A DNA stretch of 32,000 bases from NCBI RefSeq assembly GCF_000196555.1, contig NC_015067.1, positions 1,800,001 through 1,832,000 on the forward strand, written 5' to 3'. Every line of letters begins with the position of its first letter. Position 1 is the stretch's first letter. Positions 1 to 8,076 of the stretch are shown piece by piece. A model generated the notes under the pieces. The model ran no database searches. It saw only the letters and a program-made list of their open reading frames with translations, and was not told the origin of the DNA. The position numbers were made by a program, and so were the translations under genes. Source of the stretch: Bifidobacterium longum subsp. longum JCM 1217. GTDB lineage: Bacteria; Actinomycetota; Actinomycetes; Actinomycetales; Bifidobacteriaceae.

Positions 1-3000
1 CACATGCCGCCGGTCTGCGTAATCGCGAGACACACCTTGTCTGGATCGTATTTGCCTTCGAGAATCGCGTCGATGAGCTGTCCGATGACCATGATGGCCG
101 GATAGCAGGCGTCGTTGTTCACGTATTTGAGGCCAGTCTCCACGTCTTCGCGCGAGGCGTGCTTGAGGATGTCGAACTTGTAGCCGCCGGAGCGGATCAC
201 CGATTCGACGAGGGAGAAGTGGATCGGGCTCATCTGCGGGGCGACGATCGTGTAGTCCTTCTTCATGTCCTTGACGAACTTCTCACGGTGCGCGTAACGG
301 GACATGGTCGCGTTGTTGTGGCCGGACTTCGACTTCGCGGACTTCGACTTGGCGTTCGCGGCATCGTTCGTGGTGCCGTCGCCGAGCGCGGCGAGACGCA
401 CATCGGCGATGTCGCGCTTCGCGGCGCGCTTGGACGCGTCGCGCATCGCCTTGGTGAGCTTCGGGTTCGCGGCCATCGTCGCGTCGAGCAGGACCTGACG
501 GCCCGGCGTGGGCGCCTTGGAGCCGGTCTTGCGGAATCCGGTGGACTTCGGCGCGTTCGCGGGGGCGGCGGCGTCGCTGCCGGCATCGGCCGCGTCCACG
601 GGCCTGTCGGCGGCCTTAACCTTCGCTTCGGCGGCGGCGACGGCGGCCTGCGCTTCGGCGAGCGCGGCCTGCGCGGTGGCGAGATCGGATTCGGCCTGCT
701 CCTGCGCCTTGCGGGCGGCGGCCTGCGCGGCGGCGTGAGCCGCGTTGCGCGGGGCGTCGGACTCGGCGGAACCGGACTCGTCGGACGTGGCGAGCGCGGC
801 CTTGGCCATGCGCGCCTTGTTCGCCTCGCGTTCCTCGACGGCGGCCTTGAGCGAGCGCAGGCGGATCTTCGCCGCGCCGAGGTTGGAGACCTCGTCGATC
901 TTGAGCAGCGTGTACACGTCGGCCTTGTCGGCGAGGATCTCGGCCACCTGGTCGGTGGTGATGGCGTCGAGGCCGCAGCCGAACGAGTTGAGCTGCACGA
1001 GTTCGAGGCCCGGATAGGAGGCGACGAAGTGCGCGGCCGCGTAGAGGCGCGAATGGTAGGCCCACTGGTTGGTGACGCGCAACGGCATGCGGTTGACGGT
1101 GACCTTGCGGTCGTCGACGTGGCGGAATCCGTTCGCGTTCTTCTTGCGCGGGTCCTCTTCGCCTTCGGACAGGAAGTCGGTCAGGTCGAGCTTCTCCCCC
1201 GGCTGCAGTTCGCAGATCGAATCCTCGGAGAGGACGACCATGCCGAGCGCGCAGATGGTTTCGGGGATGCCGTGGTTGATTTCCGGGTCGATGTGGTAGG
1301 GGCGTCCGGCAAGCACGATGCCGCGGCAGTCGTGCTCCTTCATGTAGGCGAGGGCTTTGAGGCCTTCCTGCTGGACGTCGTGTTTGAAGACCTTGTCTTC
1401 GGCGTAGGCGGCCTTGACAGCAGTTTCGGCCTCTTCGCGGCTGACGCTCGCCCATGCGAACTCCTCGACGATACGGTCGACCATGAGCTCGTGGTTGGCG
1501 AGGTTGAAGTACGGGTGCATGTAGCGCACGTCGGGGTCACGCAGTTCGGGCATGTTCGCGCCGACGACGAGCGGATAGTTGGCGACGACCGGGCAGTTGT
1601 AGTGGTTGTCCGTGTTGGGCACGAGGTTGTCCTCGTAACTGACGCACGGGTAGAAGATCGTCTTCATGCCCTTGTTGAGAAGCCATTTGATGTGGCCGTG
1701 CACGAGCTTGGCCGGGTAGCAGATGTTCTCGGAGGCGATCGATTCGATGCCGGTTTCGAACAGTTCGTGGCTGGAACGGCCGGAGATCATCACCTTGAAG
1801 CCCAGCGAGGTGAGCAGCGTGAACCAGAACGGGTAGTTCTCGTACATGTTGAGGGCGCGCGGGATGCCGATTTCGCCTCGGGTGGCGTTCTTGTCGGTGA
1901 GGCGGCGGTAGGCGAAGCAACGCTTGTACTTGTAGTCGTACAGGTTCGGACGGTCGGAGCGTTTCTTCTTGGCGTCGCCGCCGCGTTCGCAGCGGTTGCC
2001 GGTCACGAAGCGCGAGCCGTCGGAGAACGTGGTGATGGTGAGCTTGCAGTGGTTCTGGCACAGCTTGCACACGTCGCGTTCGGTGGTCATCGACATTTCG
2101 TTGAGGGCTTCGCCGGTGAGGATTGACGAGACGGTGTGGCGCACGCCGTCGACGACGATTTCGCCGGCGTGCGCGGCGGCGTTCGGCTCGTCGCCGGCGG
2201 CGGACTCCTCAGCCGCCGCCGCGTCGACGGAACGCCCGTCCGCGCCGACGTGCGCGTTGTCGTCGTCCGCGATGTCCTCGTAGTGCATGCGGGCGGTGAG
2301 GGCCGCGCCGAACGCGCCCATGAGGCCGGCGATGTTCGGTCGGGTGACTTCGCGTTCGGTGAGCAGTTCGAACGCGCGCAGCACGGCGTCGTTGAGGAAC
2401 GTACCGCCCTGGACCACCACAGTGTCGCCGAGTTCGCCGGAATCGCGCAGCTTGATGACCTTGTACAGGGCGTTGCGCACCACGGAGTAGCACAGGCCGG
2501 CAGCGATGTCCTCGATGGAGGCGCCTTCCTTCTGCGCCTGCTTGACCGAGGAGTTCATGAACACGGTGCAACGCGAACCGAGGTCCACCGGATGGGTGGA
2601 AGCCAGAGCCTTTTGCGTGAATTCCTGAATCGTCAGGCCCATGGACATGGCGAAGGTCTGCAGGAACGAACCACAGCCGGACGAGCAGGCCTCGTTGACG
2701 GCGATTGAATCGATAACGCCATCGGTGATGGCCAAGTACTTCATATCCTGGCCGCCGATGTCGATGACGGCGGTGACGCCGGGGCTGACCATTTCGGCGC
2801 CACGATAGTGGGCCATGGTCTCCACCACGCCCTCGTCCAAGTGCAGGCCGGTGGTGATGAGGCCTTCGCCGTATCCGGTGGCGCAGGAGCGTGCGATCCA
2901 CGCGCCTTCGGGCAGCTCAGACTGAATCTTCTTGACGATGTTGATGGCGGCGGTCAGCGGGCTGCCTTCGTTGTTGGCGTAGCTGGACCAGACGATTTCA

Positions 3001-4106
3001 CGGTCGTCGTTGACGAGCGTGGCCTTGATGGTGGTGGAACCGGCGTCGATGCCCAGGAAGTGCGGGCCATGCGCGCCTTCGAGGGTGCCGATGTGGATGT
3101 GTTCCTTGTGGTGGCGCTTGTTGAAGTCCTCGCGGTCGGCCTCGGTGGGGAACAGCGGCGGCATGGTGGGCGTGTTGGAGGGCAGGTTCTTCAGCTCGTC
3201 CAAACGCTTCAGGATTTCGTCGCAGGTGTAGGCCTCGAAATGGTGGCCCTGATCGTCGGAATCCGTGTCGGCCTGCAATGCCGAACCGTAGGCCACATAC
3301 AGGTGGGCGTCGGTCGGCACGATGAACTCGTCGACCTTGCCCTCAAGCGCGCGCTGGAATGCGGCGCGCAGCTCGGACATGAAGAACAACGGGCCGCCGA
3401 GGAAGATGACGGTGCCGTGAATCGGGCGTCCGGAAGCCAGGCCGGCGATGGTCTGCGTGGCCACTGCGGTGAAGATGGAGGCGGCCAAATCGGGCTTGGC
3501 GGCACCATCATTGATGAGCGGCTGCAAATCGGTTTTGGCGAACACACCACAACGCGAGGCGATTGGATACAGGTTCTCGTAGCTCTTGGCCATCTCGTTG
3601 AGGCCGGCGGCGTCGGTGTCGAGCAGCGTGGACATCTGGTCAATGAACGCGCCGGTACCACCTGCGCACGAACCGTTCATGCGTTGTTCGGGCGTGGGTT
3701 TCAGGTAGGTGATTTTGGCGTCCTCGCCGCCGAGCTCGATGATGACATCGGCCTGCGGGTATTCCTTGTCGATTGCCTCGGTTTCGGCGATGACCTCCTG
3801 AATGAAAGGCACATGCAGATTGTCAGCAAGCGCCAGACCGCCGGAACCGGTGATAGACAGGCGAATCGGTTCGTCGCCGCGTCCGAGGTCCACAAGCTTC
3901 TTGTGGATGTCGACCAACAGGCCGGCCACGGTGGCACGCACGTTGGCGTGGTGGCGTCGGTAATCGGAGAAGAGGGTGTCTCCCAGGGAATCGGACTGAT
4001 CAAGCACCACGGCCTTGACGGTGGTGGAACCGATGTCCAATCCCACACGCAGGGGCTTCGGGTGTGAAGCGGGCTTTACGCTCGCGTCAGTGGCGATGTC
4101 AACCAT
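1..4106 (-). CDS. Giant fused CoA-substrate-specific enzyme activase (two BcrAD/BadFG-type ATPase modules) plus 2-hydroxyacyl-CoA-dehydratase-like (HgdB/DUF2229-type) modules; the C-terminal end lies beyond the left window edge
   Basis: Absent from the ORF track because there is no stop in the window. Hand translation of the minus strand from ATG 4106..4104 (AAGAGGA RBS just upstream) gives MVDIATDASVKPASHPKPLRVGLDIGSTTVKAVVLD... A second actin-fold ATPase start, FLGIDAGSTTIKATLV, begins at 3059. A Cys motif VCKLCQNHCKL lies at about 2041-2072. An Ala/Lys/Glu-rich linker covers about 306-850, followed by MSRYAHREKF...NNDACYPAIMV...ITQTGGMC from 305 to 3. The frame (coordinate mod 3 = 2) agrees at all four checkpoints. 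No minus-strand ORF in that frame is listed, so the frame has no stop. Confidence 0.8.
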   Translation of the reverse strand, partial: MVDIATDASVKPASHPKPLRVGLDIGSTTVKAVVLDQSDSLGDTLFSDYRRHHANVRATVAGLLVDIHKKLVDLGRGDEPIRLSITGSGGLALADNLHVPFIQEVIAETEAIDKEYPQADVIIELGGEDAKITYLKPTPEQRMNGSCAGGTGAFIDQMSTLLDTDAAGLNEMAKSYENLYPIASRCGVFAKTDLQPLINDGAAKPDLAASIFTAVATQTIAGLASGRPIHGTVIFLGGPLFFMSELRAAFQRALEGKVDEFIVPTDAHLYVAYGSALQADTDSDDQGHHFEAYTCDEILKRLDELKNLPSNTPTMPPLFPTEADREDFNKRHHKEHIHIGTLEGAHGPHFLGIDAGSTTIKATLVNDDREIVWSSYANNEGSPLTAAINIVKKIQSELPEGAWIARSCATGYGEGLITTGLHLDEGVVETMAHYRGAEMVSPGVTAVIDIGGQDMKYLAITDGVIDSIAVNEACSSGCGSFLQTFAMSMGLTIQEFTQKALASTHPVDLGSRCTVFMNSSVKQAQKEGASIEDIAAGLCYSVVRNALYKVIKLRDSGELGDTVVVQGGTFLNDAVLRAFELLTEREVTRPNIAGLMGAFGAALTARMHYEDIADDDNAHVGADGRSVDAAAAEESAAGDEPNAAAHAGEIVVDGVRHTVSSILTGEALNEMSMTTERDVCKLCQNHCKLTITTFSDGSRFVTGNRCERGGDAKKKRSDRPNLYDYKYKRCFAYRRLTDKNATRGEIGIPRALNMYENYPFWFTLLTSLGFKVMISGRSSHELFETGIESIASENICYPAKLVHGHIKWLLNKGMKTIFYPCVSYEDNLVPNTDNHYNCPVVANYPLVVGANMPELRDPDVRYMHPYFNLANHELMVDRIVEEFAWASVSREEAETAVKAAYAEDKVFKHDVQQEGLKALAYMKEHDCRGIVLAGRPYHIDPEINHGIPETICALGMVVLSEDSICELQPGEKLDLTDFLSEGEEDPRKKNANGFRHVDDRKVTVNRMPLRVTNQWAYHSRLYAAAHFVASYPGLELVQLNSFGCGLDAITTDQVAEILADKADVYTLLKIDEVSNLGAAKIRLRSLKAAVEEREANKARMAKAALATSDESGSAESDAPRNAAHAAAQAAARKAQEQAESDLATAQAALAEAQAAVAAAEAKVKAADRPVDAADAGSDAAAPANAPKSTGFRKTGSKAPTPGRQVLLDATMAANPKLTKAMRDASKRAAKRDIADVRLAALGDGTTNDAANAKSKSAKSKSGHNNATMSRYAHREKFVKDMKKDYTIVAPQMSPIHFSLVESVIRSGGYKFDILKHASREDVETGLKYVNNDACYPAIMVIGQLIDAILEGKYDPDKVCLAITQTGGM

Positions 4107-4333
4107 GTGTTCCTCTTAATTCCGACTTCCGGGAGTGCACGCTTTGAGGCATCATGAACCGTTTCGGGACGGCTGGCAGATACCCTGCGGACGGCTTCGC
4201 CCGGCTACTTCTTATGGAATATTAGTCCGACCACCTGCCCAACATGGCACGAGGCGAGGCGATTTCGCTCACGGGAAGGCCTTTTCCCAACAGTTCCAAC
4301 GATATTGCTGAGTGCGGCATTCCAGAACTGCTA

Positions 4334-5062
4334 CTACGAGGCCTGTTGGCCTTCGCCGGCTTCGCGGTCTTTCAAATAGATTTCGGGGATATCTCGTTCT
4401 TGATCGTGGAGCTTGGCCCAGATGACCGGTTCGCCGGCTTCCAGAGACTTGGGCACATCGAGGATGCGCTGGTTTCTGGAGCCGCGGAATTGCAGCAGCG
4501 AGTCCTTCTGGTCTCTGAGGTAGCGGCCGTCGACGAGAATGTCGATGAGATGTAGCAATTCAAGCTTGTCTGGGGTTTCTCCGGGGCGCATGAGTTCTTC
4601 CCATGTGTAGCCGGTCCACGACCAGATATCTTTGGTATGACCGAATTCCTGGCGGATACGTTGTGCGAGCGGCACCAGCACGGGAGTGTTGAGGAATGGC
4701 TCGCCGCCAAGGAACGTAATGCCTTGCACCCATGGGGCTTTCAGATCTTCGATGATTTTGTCTTCAAGTTTTTGCGTGTATTCGTGGCCGGCTTGGAAAT
4801 CCCAGATGGAGGCGTTGAAGCAGTCGACGCAGTGGAAGGGGCAACCGGAGACGTAAAGGGAGTTGCGCACGCCTTCTCCGTCGGTGACAATGAAGGTTTT
4901 GTAGTCGGCGATCATCCGCTTGGACATGCGCCGGCCATCCCATTGACCGGCTTTCGGATCGTTGGCAAGACCGTTGGAGGGTACGGAGGGGCCACGCCCG
5001 GTCTCGCCGGCCGCAAAGTCATGGCGCTTGGGTTCGGGCTTGGTCGTATGCAGCTCCGGCAT
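4334..5062 (-). CDS. nrdG: Anaerobic ribonucleoside-triphosphate reductase activating protein (radical SAM)
   Basis: Track ORF 4334..5143. It has the radical-SAM motif in YVSGCPFHCVDCFN and lies directly downstream of nrdD. I chose the ATG at 5062 (MPELHTT...) because AAGGAGGG sits 4 nt upstream. The ATG at 5143 lies inside an intergenic hairpin. The internal MSKRMIADYK start cannot be excluded. Confidence 0.88.
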   Translation of the reverse strand: MPELHTTKPEPKRHDFAAGETGRGPSVPSNGLANDPKAGQWDGRRMSKRMIADYKTFIVTDGEGVRNSLYVSGCPFHCVDCFNASIWDFQAGHEYTQKLEDKIIEDLKAPWVQGITFLGGEPFLNTPVLVPLAQRIRQEFGHTKDIWSWTGYTWEELMRPGETPDKLELLHLIDILVDGRYLRDQKDSLLQFRGSRNQRILDVPKSLEAGEPVIWAKLHDQERDIPEIYLKDREAGEGQQAS

Positions 5063-5086
5063 GATTCCCTCCTTACGGAAAGCATT

Positions 5087-5198
5087 AGCTCCCGCTGGCG
5101 GGAGCTGTCCGTCATCAGACGGACTGAGGGTGGTCAACACCATAAAGGATGACCGCCCTCAGTCTCGCTTACGCTCTACAGCTCCCGTCAGCGGGAGC
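5087..5198. repeat. Cluster of four consecutive GC-rich hairpins in the nrdD-nrdG spacer
   Basis: H1 5087..5106: AGCTCCCGC/GCGGGAGCT. H2 5107..5124: GTCCGTC-atca-GACGGAC. H3 5124..5162: 13-bp stem CTGAGGGTGGTCA/TGACCGCCCTCAG with one G.U pair and a 13-nt loop. H4 5181..5198: GCTCCCG-tcag-CGGGAGC. All were read directly from the sequence. Confidence 0.6.
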
Positions 5199-5209
5199 AA
5201 GTATAAACC

Positions 5210-7618
5210 CTACTTGGTCTCTTCGAACCACTCGCGAGTGGTTCCGTCATCCAGCGTCACACGACCGGTTTCGCCGCTCATGTGCTTGACTCGGTGGGCA
5301 ATTTCCTCGTGACGGCCGTGCACCATCGGGCGCTGGACCGGGCTGCCGAGATAGCCGCAGGTGCGCTTGGTGACGTTGCACTTGTCCGGGTTGGAGTTAC
5401 CGCACTCCGGGCACTTGAAGCCTTCCTCGGTCGGCTCGAAGTCGCCCTGGAAGCCGCACACGAAGCAGTGGTCGATCGGGGTGTTGGTACCCAGGTAGCC
5501 GATGCCGATGTTGTAGGCGTAATCCCACACGGCTTCGAGCGCCTTCGGGTTGTCCTGCAGGCACGGGTACTCGCAGTAGTTGATGAAGCCGCCGGAAGCG
5601 TAGTACGGGAAGTCCTTCTCGTAGCTGAGCTTCTCCATCGGAGTGGGCTGCAACCACACCGGGTAGTGGAAGGAGTTGGTGTAGAAGTCGTGATCAGTCA
5701 CGCCTTCGATACGGCCGAACTTTTCACGGTCCATGCGGTTGAAGCGGTCGGTCAGGGATTCAGCCGGAGTGGAGTACACGGAATAGTGGTAACCCTCCGC
5801 TTTGCTCCACTGCTTGCACAGCTCGTTCATGCGCTTGACGATGGACAGCGCGAACTCCTTGCCTTCCGGATCCCAGCCGTGGTCGCGAATCCAGTTCTTG
5901 CCATAGAAGACCGCAGTGGTCTCGGCAAGGCCGATGTAGCCGAGCGACACGGTGGCACGCTCGTTCTTGAACAGCTGGTCCACGTTGTCGTTGGCACCAA
6001 GACGACCAAACGCACCAAAGCGGAACAGGGTCGGGGCGTTGACCGGGGTGGCTTCCTTGCAGCGCATGATGCGGAACTGGAGGGCCTGATGGGCGACTTC
6101 CATACGCTCGTCGAACAGCTTCCAGAAGCGAGCCTTGTCACCGTGGGATTCGATGGCGATACGCGGCACGTTGACGGTGACCACGCCGAGGTTCATACGG
6201 CCGTCTTCTTCATCCTTGCCGGTCTCCGGGTTGATCCAACCCTGCAGGAAGGAGCGGCAACCCATCGGAGCCTTGAAGGAGCCTGTGATCTTGACGATGT
6301 TCTCGTAGAACACCACATCCGGGTACATGCGCTTGGTGGCGGACTCGAGGGCAAGCTGCTTCAGATCGTAGTTCGGGTCACCCGGGTCGGCGTTCACGCC
6401 GTGCTTCACAGTAAAGACGAGCTTCGGGAAGATGGCGGTGTGGTGTTCCTTGCCGAGGCCGCGAATACGGTTCAGCAGGATTGCGCGCTGCACTTCACGA
6501 GAGAACCAGTCGGTGCCGAGACCAAAGCCGACAGTCACGAACGGGGTCTGGCCGTTGGACACACGGTTGGAGTTGATCTGGTATTCCATGGTCTGCATGG
6601 CATCATAGATGGCCTTGCGGGTACGAATCTTGGCGAGGATTTCACGCTCTTGCTCAAGTTCGTCAACGTCGGTGTGGAACGGGGTGTCCATCGGCAGCGG
6701 TTCACGGGAACCGAAATGCAGCTTGGCGGGCTCGTTCTTCTTGGCGCTCTCGACCTGACGACGGGCGAATTCAACCGGCATGCCGTCGGGGATGGTCTCA
6801 CGAGCTTCCTCAAGGAACTTCTCGTAATCCTTCTTGGCATACTGGGCAAGATGCTCGTCGGCACGGTTGGCGGTCTGGCCACCATACTGGCTGGAGGCCA
6901 CGTCCTTCATGATCTGGGTAATCTGGGTGGCCGCAATGGCGATGGACTTCGGGGAAGCCATCGGAGCGTTGCCAAGAGTGAAGCCATTGGCCAACATGTC
7001 CCAGAAGTTCGGCAAGGAGCAGTTGGACTGGGCAGTGAACGGCGAATAGTCGGCATCGTGGAAGTGAATGTCGCCCTTCATGTGGGCGTTGGACACCGCC
7101 GGCGGCAGCATGTTGAACGCGGCGGCCTTGGACACGGCACCGGCCAGCAGATCACGCTGGGTGGAGTAGACGTTGGAATCCTTGTTCGCGTTCTCGTGAA
7201 TCAGGGTCGGGTCATGATTAATGAAGCGAGCAACGGCCTCGTTGACATCAGTGGCCTTGGCACGCTGAATGTCTTTGTCGAGACGGTAATTGGTGTAGGC
7301 GCGAGCCACATCGTACAGGTGGGCGTCAATGAGGGCGTGCTCCACGAGATTCTGGATGTCCTCGATTTTGGCGGGGCCGGTGTAACGCCCCTTGATTTCG
7401 CCTTCGACTTGGTTGGCGAAACCACGGATCATGGCATCTTCTTCGGGGCCGACTTCCTTGTTCAGGTCGCCGAAAGCAGACTTGACCGCAGAGATGATGT
7501 TGATGGGGTCGAAGTCGACCACACGACCATCACGCTTCTCAACGAGCACGGTGGAGGCCTTGGCGGCCACCTTGGTCTCGTTATCGGTGACGGTTTCCTC
7601 CAGCACCTGTGCGCCCAT
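5210..7618 (-). CDS. nrdD: Anaerobic ribonucleoside-triphosphate reductase (class III, glycyl radical enzyme)
   Basis: Track ORF 5210..7675. It has an N-terminal ATP-cone-like segment (VEKRDGRVVDFDPINI), a C-terminal Zn ribbon (CFVCGF...CPECG) and the glycyl-radical motif RTCGYLG. The start was set at ATG 7618 (MGAQVLEE), which is preceded by GGAAAGGGG. Confidence 0.95.
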   Translation of the reverse strand: MGAQVLEETVTDNETKVAAKASTVLVEKRDGRVVDFDPINIISAVKSAFGDLNKEVGPEEDAMIRGFANQVEGEIKGRYTGPAKIEDIQNLVEHALIDAHLYDVARAYTNYRLDKDIQRAKATDVNEAVARFINHDPTLIHENANKDSNVYSTQRDLLAGAVSKAAAFNMLPPAVSNAHMKGDIHFHDADYSPFTAQSNCSLPNFWDMLANGFTLGNAPMASPKSIAIAATQITQIMKDVASSQYGGQTANRADEHLAQYAKKDYEKFLEEARETIPDGMPVEFARRQVESAKKNEPAKLHFGSREPLPMDTPFHTDVDELEQEREILAKIRTRKAIYDAMQTMEYQINSNRVSNGQTPFVTVGFGLGTDWFSREVQRAILLNRIRGLGKEHHTAIFPKLVFTVKHGVNADPGDPNYDLKQLALESATKRMYPDVVFYENIVKITGSFKAPMGCRSFLQGWINPETGKDEEDGRMNLGVVTVNVPRIAIESHGDKARFWKLFDERMEVAHQALQFRIMRCKEATPVNAPTLFRFGAFGRLGANDNVDQLFKNERATVSLGYIGLAETTAVFYGKNWIRDHGWDPEGKEFALSIVKRMNELCKQWSKAEGYHYSVYSTPAESLTDRFNRMDREKFGRIEGVTDHDFYTNSFHYPVWLQPTPMEKLSYEKDFPYYASGGFINYCEYPCLQDNPKALEAVWDYAYNIGIGYLGTNTPIDHCFVCGFQGDFEPTEEGFKCPECGNSNPDKCNVTKRTCGYLGSPVQRPMVHGRHEEIAHRVKHMSGETGRVTLDDGTTREWFEETK

Positions 7619-7744
7619 CGGGCACCCCTTTCCTATAAGGCGAACACTCTCCTGAGTTCCGCATTTTGGCCGCACTCGACGTGGGCCACACGAAATTACA
7701 TTGATATCGTTTTCTTGAACCTCTAGAAGAATACGGCATCCCCA

Positions 7745-7792
7745 CCCCTATATCTAGTGCTCAACAGTGGTGTGTCGAACTATTTATAGGGT
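7745..7792 (-). promoter_or_regulatory. Tandem NrdR boxes overlapping a candidate nrdD promoter
   Basis: Box 1 is 7745..7760 (ccccTATATcTAGTGc) and box 2 is 7777..7792 (gaacTATtTATAGgGt). Each matches 12/16 positions of the published NrdR-box consensus acaCwAtATaTwGtgt, and their starts are 32 bp apart, which is the typical tandem spacing. On the minus strand, TTCGAC (7779..7774), a 17-nt spacer and TAGATA (7756..7751) form a plausible -35/-10 pair lying within the boxes. This is about 130-175 bp upstream of the nrdD ATG. Confidence 0.5.
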
Positions 7793-8037
7793 TTTTCGGC
7801 TATTTTTCGCCAAAACTACAAGTGTGTGATTAGCGTAACTGTTTTCTGCTCGCGTGTCGCACAGCGAGCTCACTGACGACTCTCAATCGTCAGTGCAACG
7901 CATATCTCACTCCTCTTCATAGCACCCGTTTCTTCGCCATAATGACTCCTTTCTTCTGATGCACCAGACCATCTCCATCATCGGCTGATACATCGCTTCG
8001 TACGGTTCTTGCATTCATCATCACACCGTTTTCAGGC

Positions 8038-8057
8038 GACGGTAAATTTTTACCGTC
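8038..8057. promoter_or_regulatory. Palindrome GACGGTAAAtttTTTACCGTC-type (8-bp arms) overlapping a candidate xseA -35
   Basis: GACGGTAAATTTTTACCGTC was read directly from the sequence. Its core CGGTAA(A/T)TTTTTACCG recurs at 26380..26395. TTACCG (8050..8055), a 17-nt spacer and TATAGT (8073..8078) could be a promoter. Confidence 0.35.
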
Positions 8058-8076
8058 ATCAACCAACGCACTTATA

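Noticed and set aside
159-4067. Long plus-strand ORFs of 655 aa (159..2126) and 419 aa (2808..4067)
   Set aside because: Their translations are Gly/Arg/Val/Leu/Asp-rich strings with no recognisable motifs. They lie antisense to a minus-strand frame that translates into clear activase/dehydratase domains. They are typical GC-driven shadow ORFs.
5063-5143. Upstream extension of the nrdG ORF to ATG 5143
   Set aside because: That ATG lies in the loop of intergenic hairpin H3 and has no RBS. ATG 5062 has AAGGAGGG upstream.
5282-7726. 814-aa plus-strand ORF
   Set aside because: It is antisense to nrdD, whose identity is unambiguous. The composition is typical of a high-GC antisense frame.
7871-7895. 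Isolated 9-bp perfect hairpin CACTGACGA-ctctcaa-TCGTCAGTG in the nrdD-xseA spacer
   Set aside because: It has no adjacent gene end, no T-tract and no recognisable riboswitch context. It cannot be interpreted from sequence alone.
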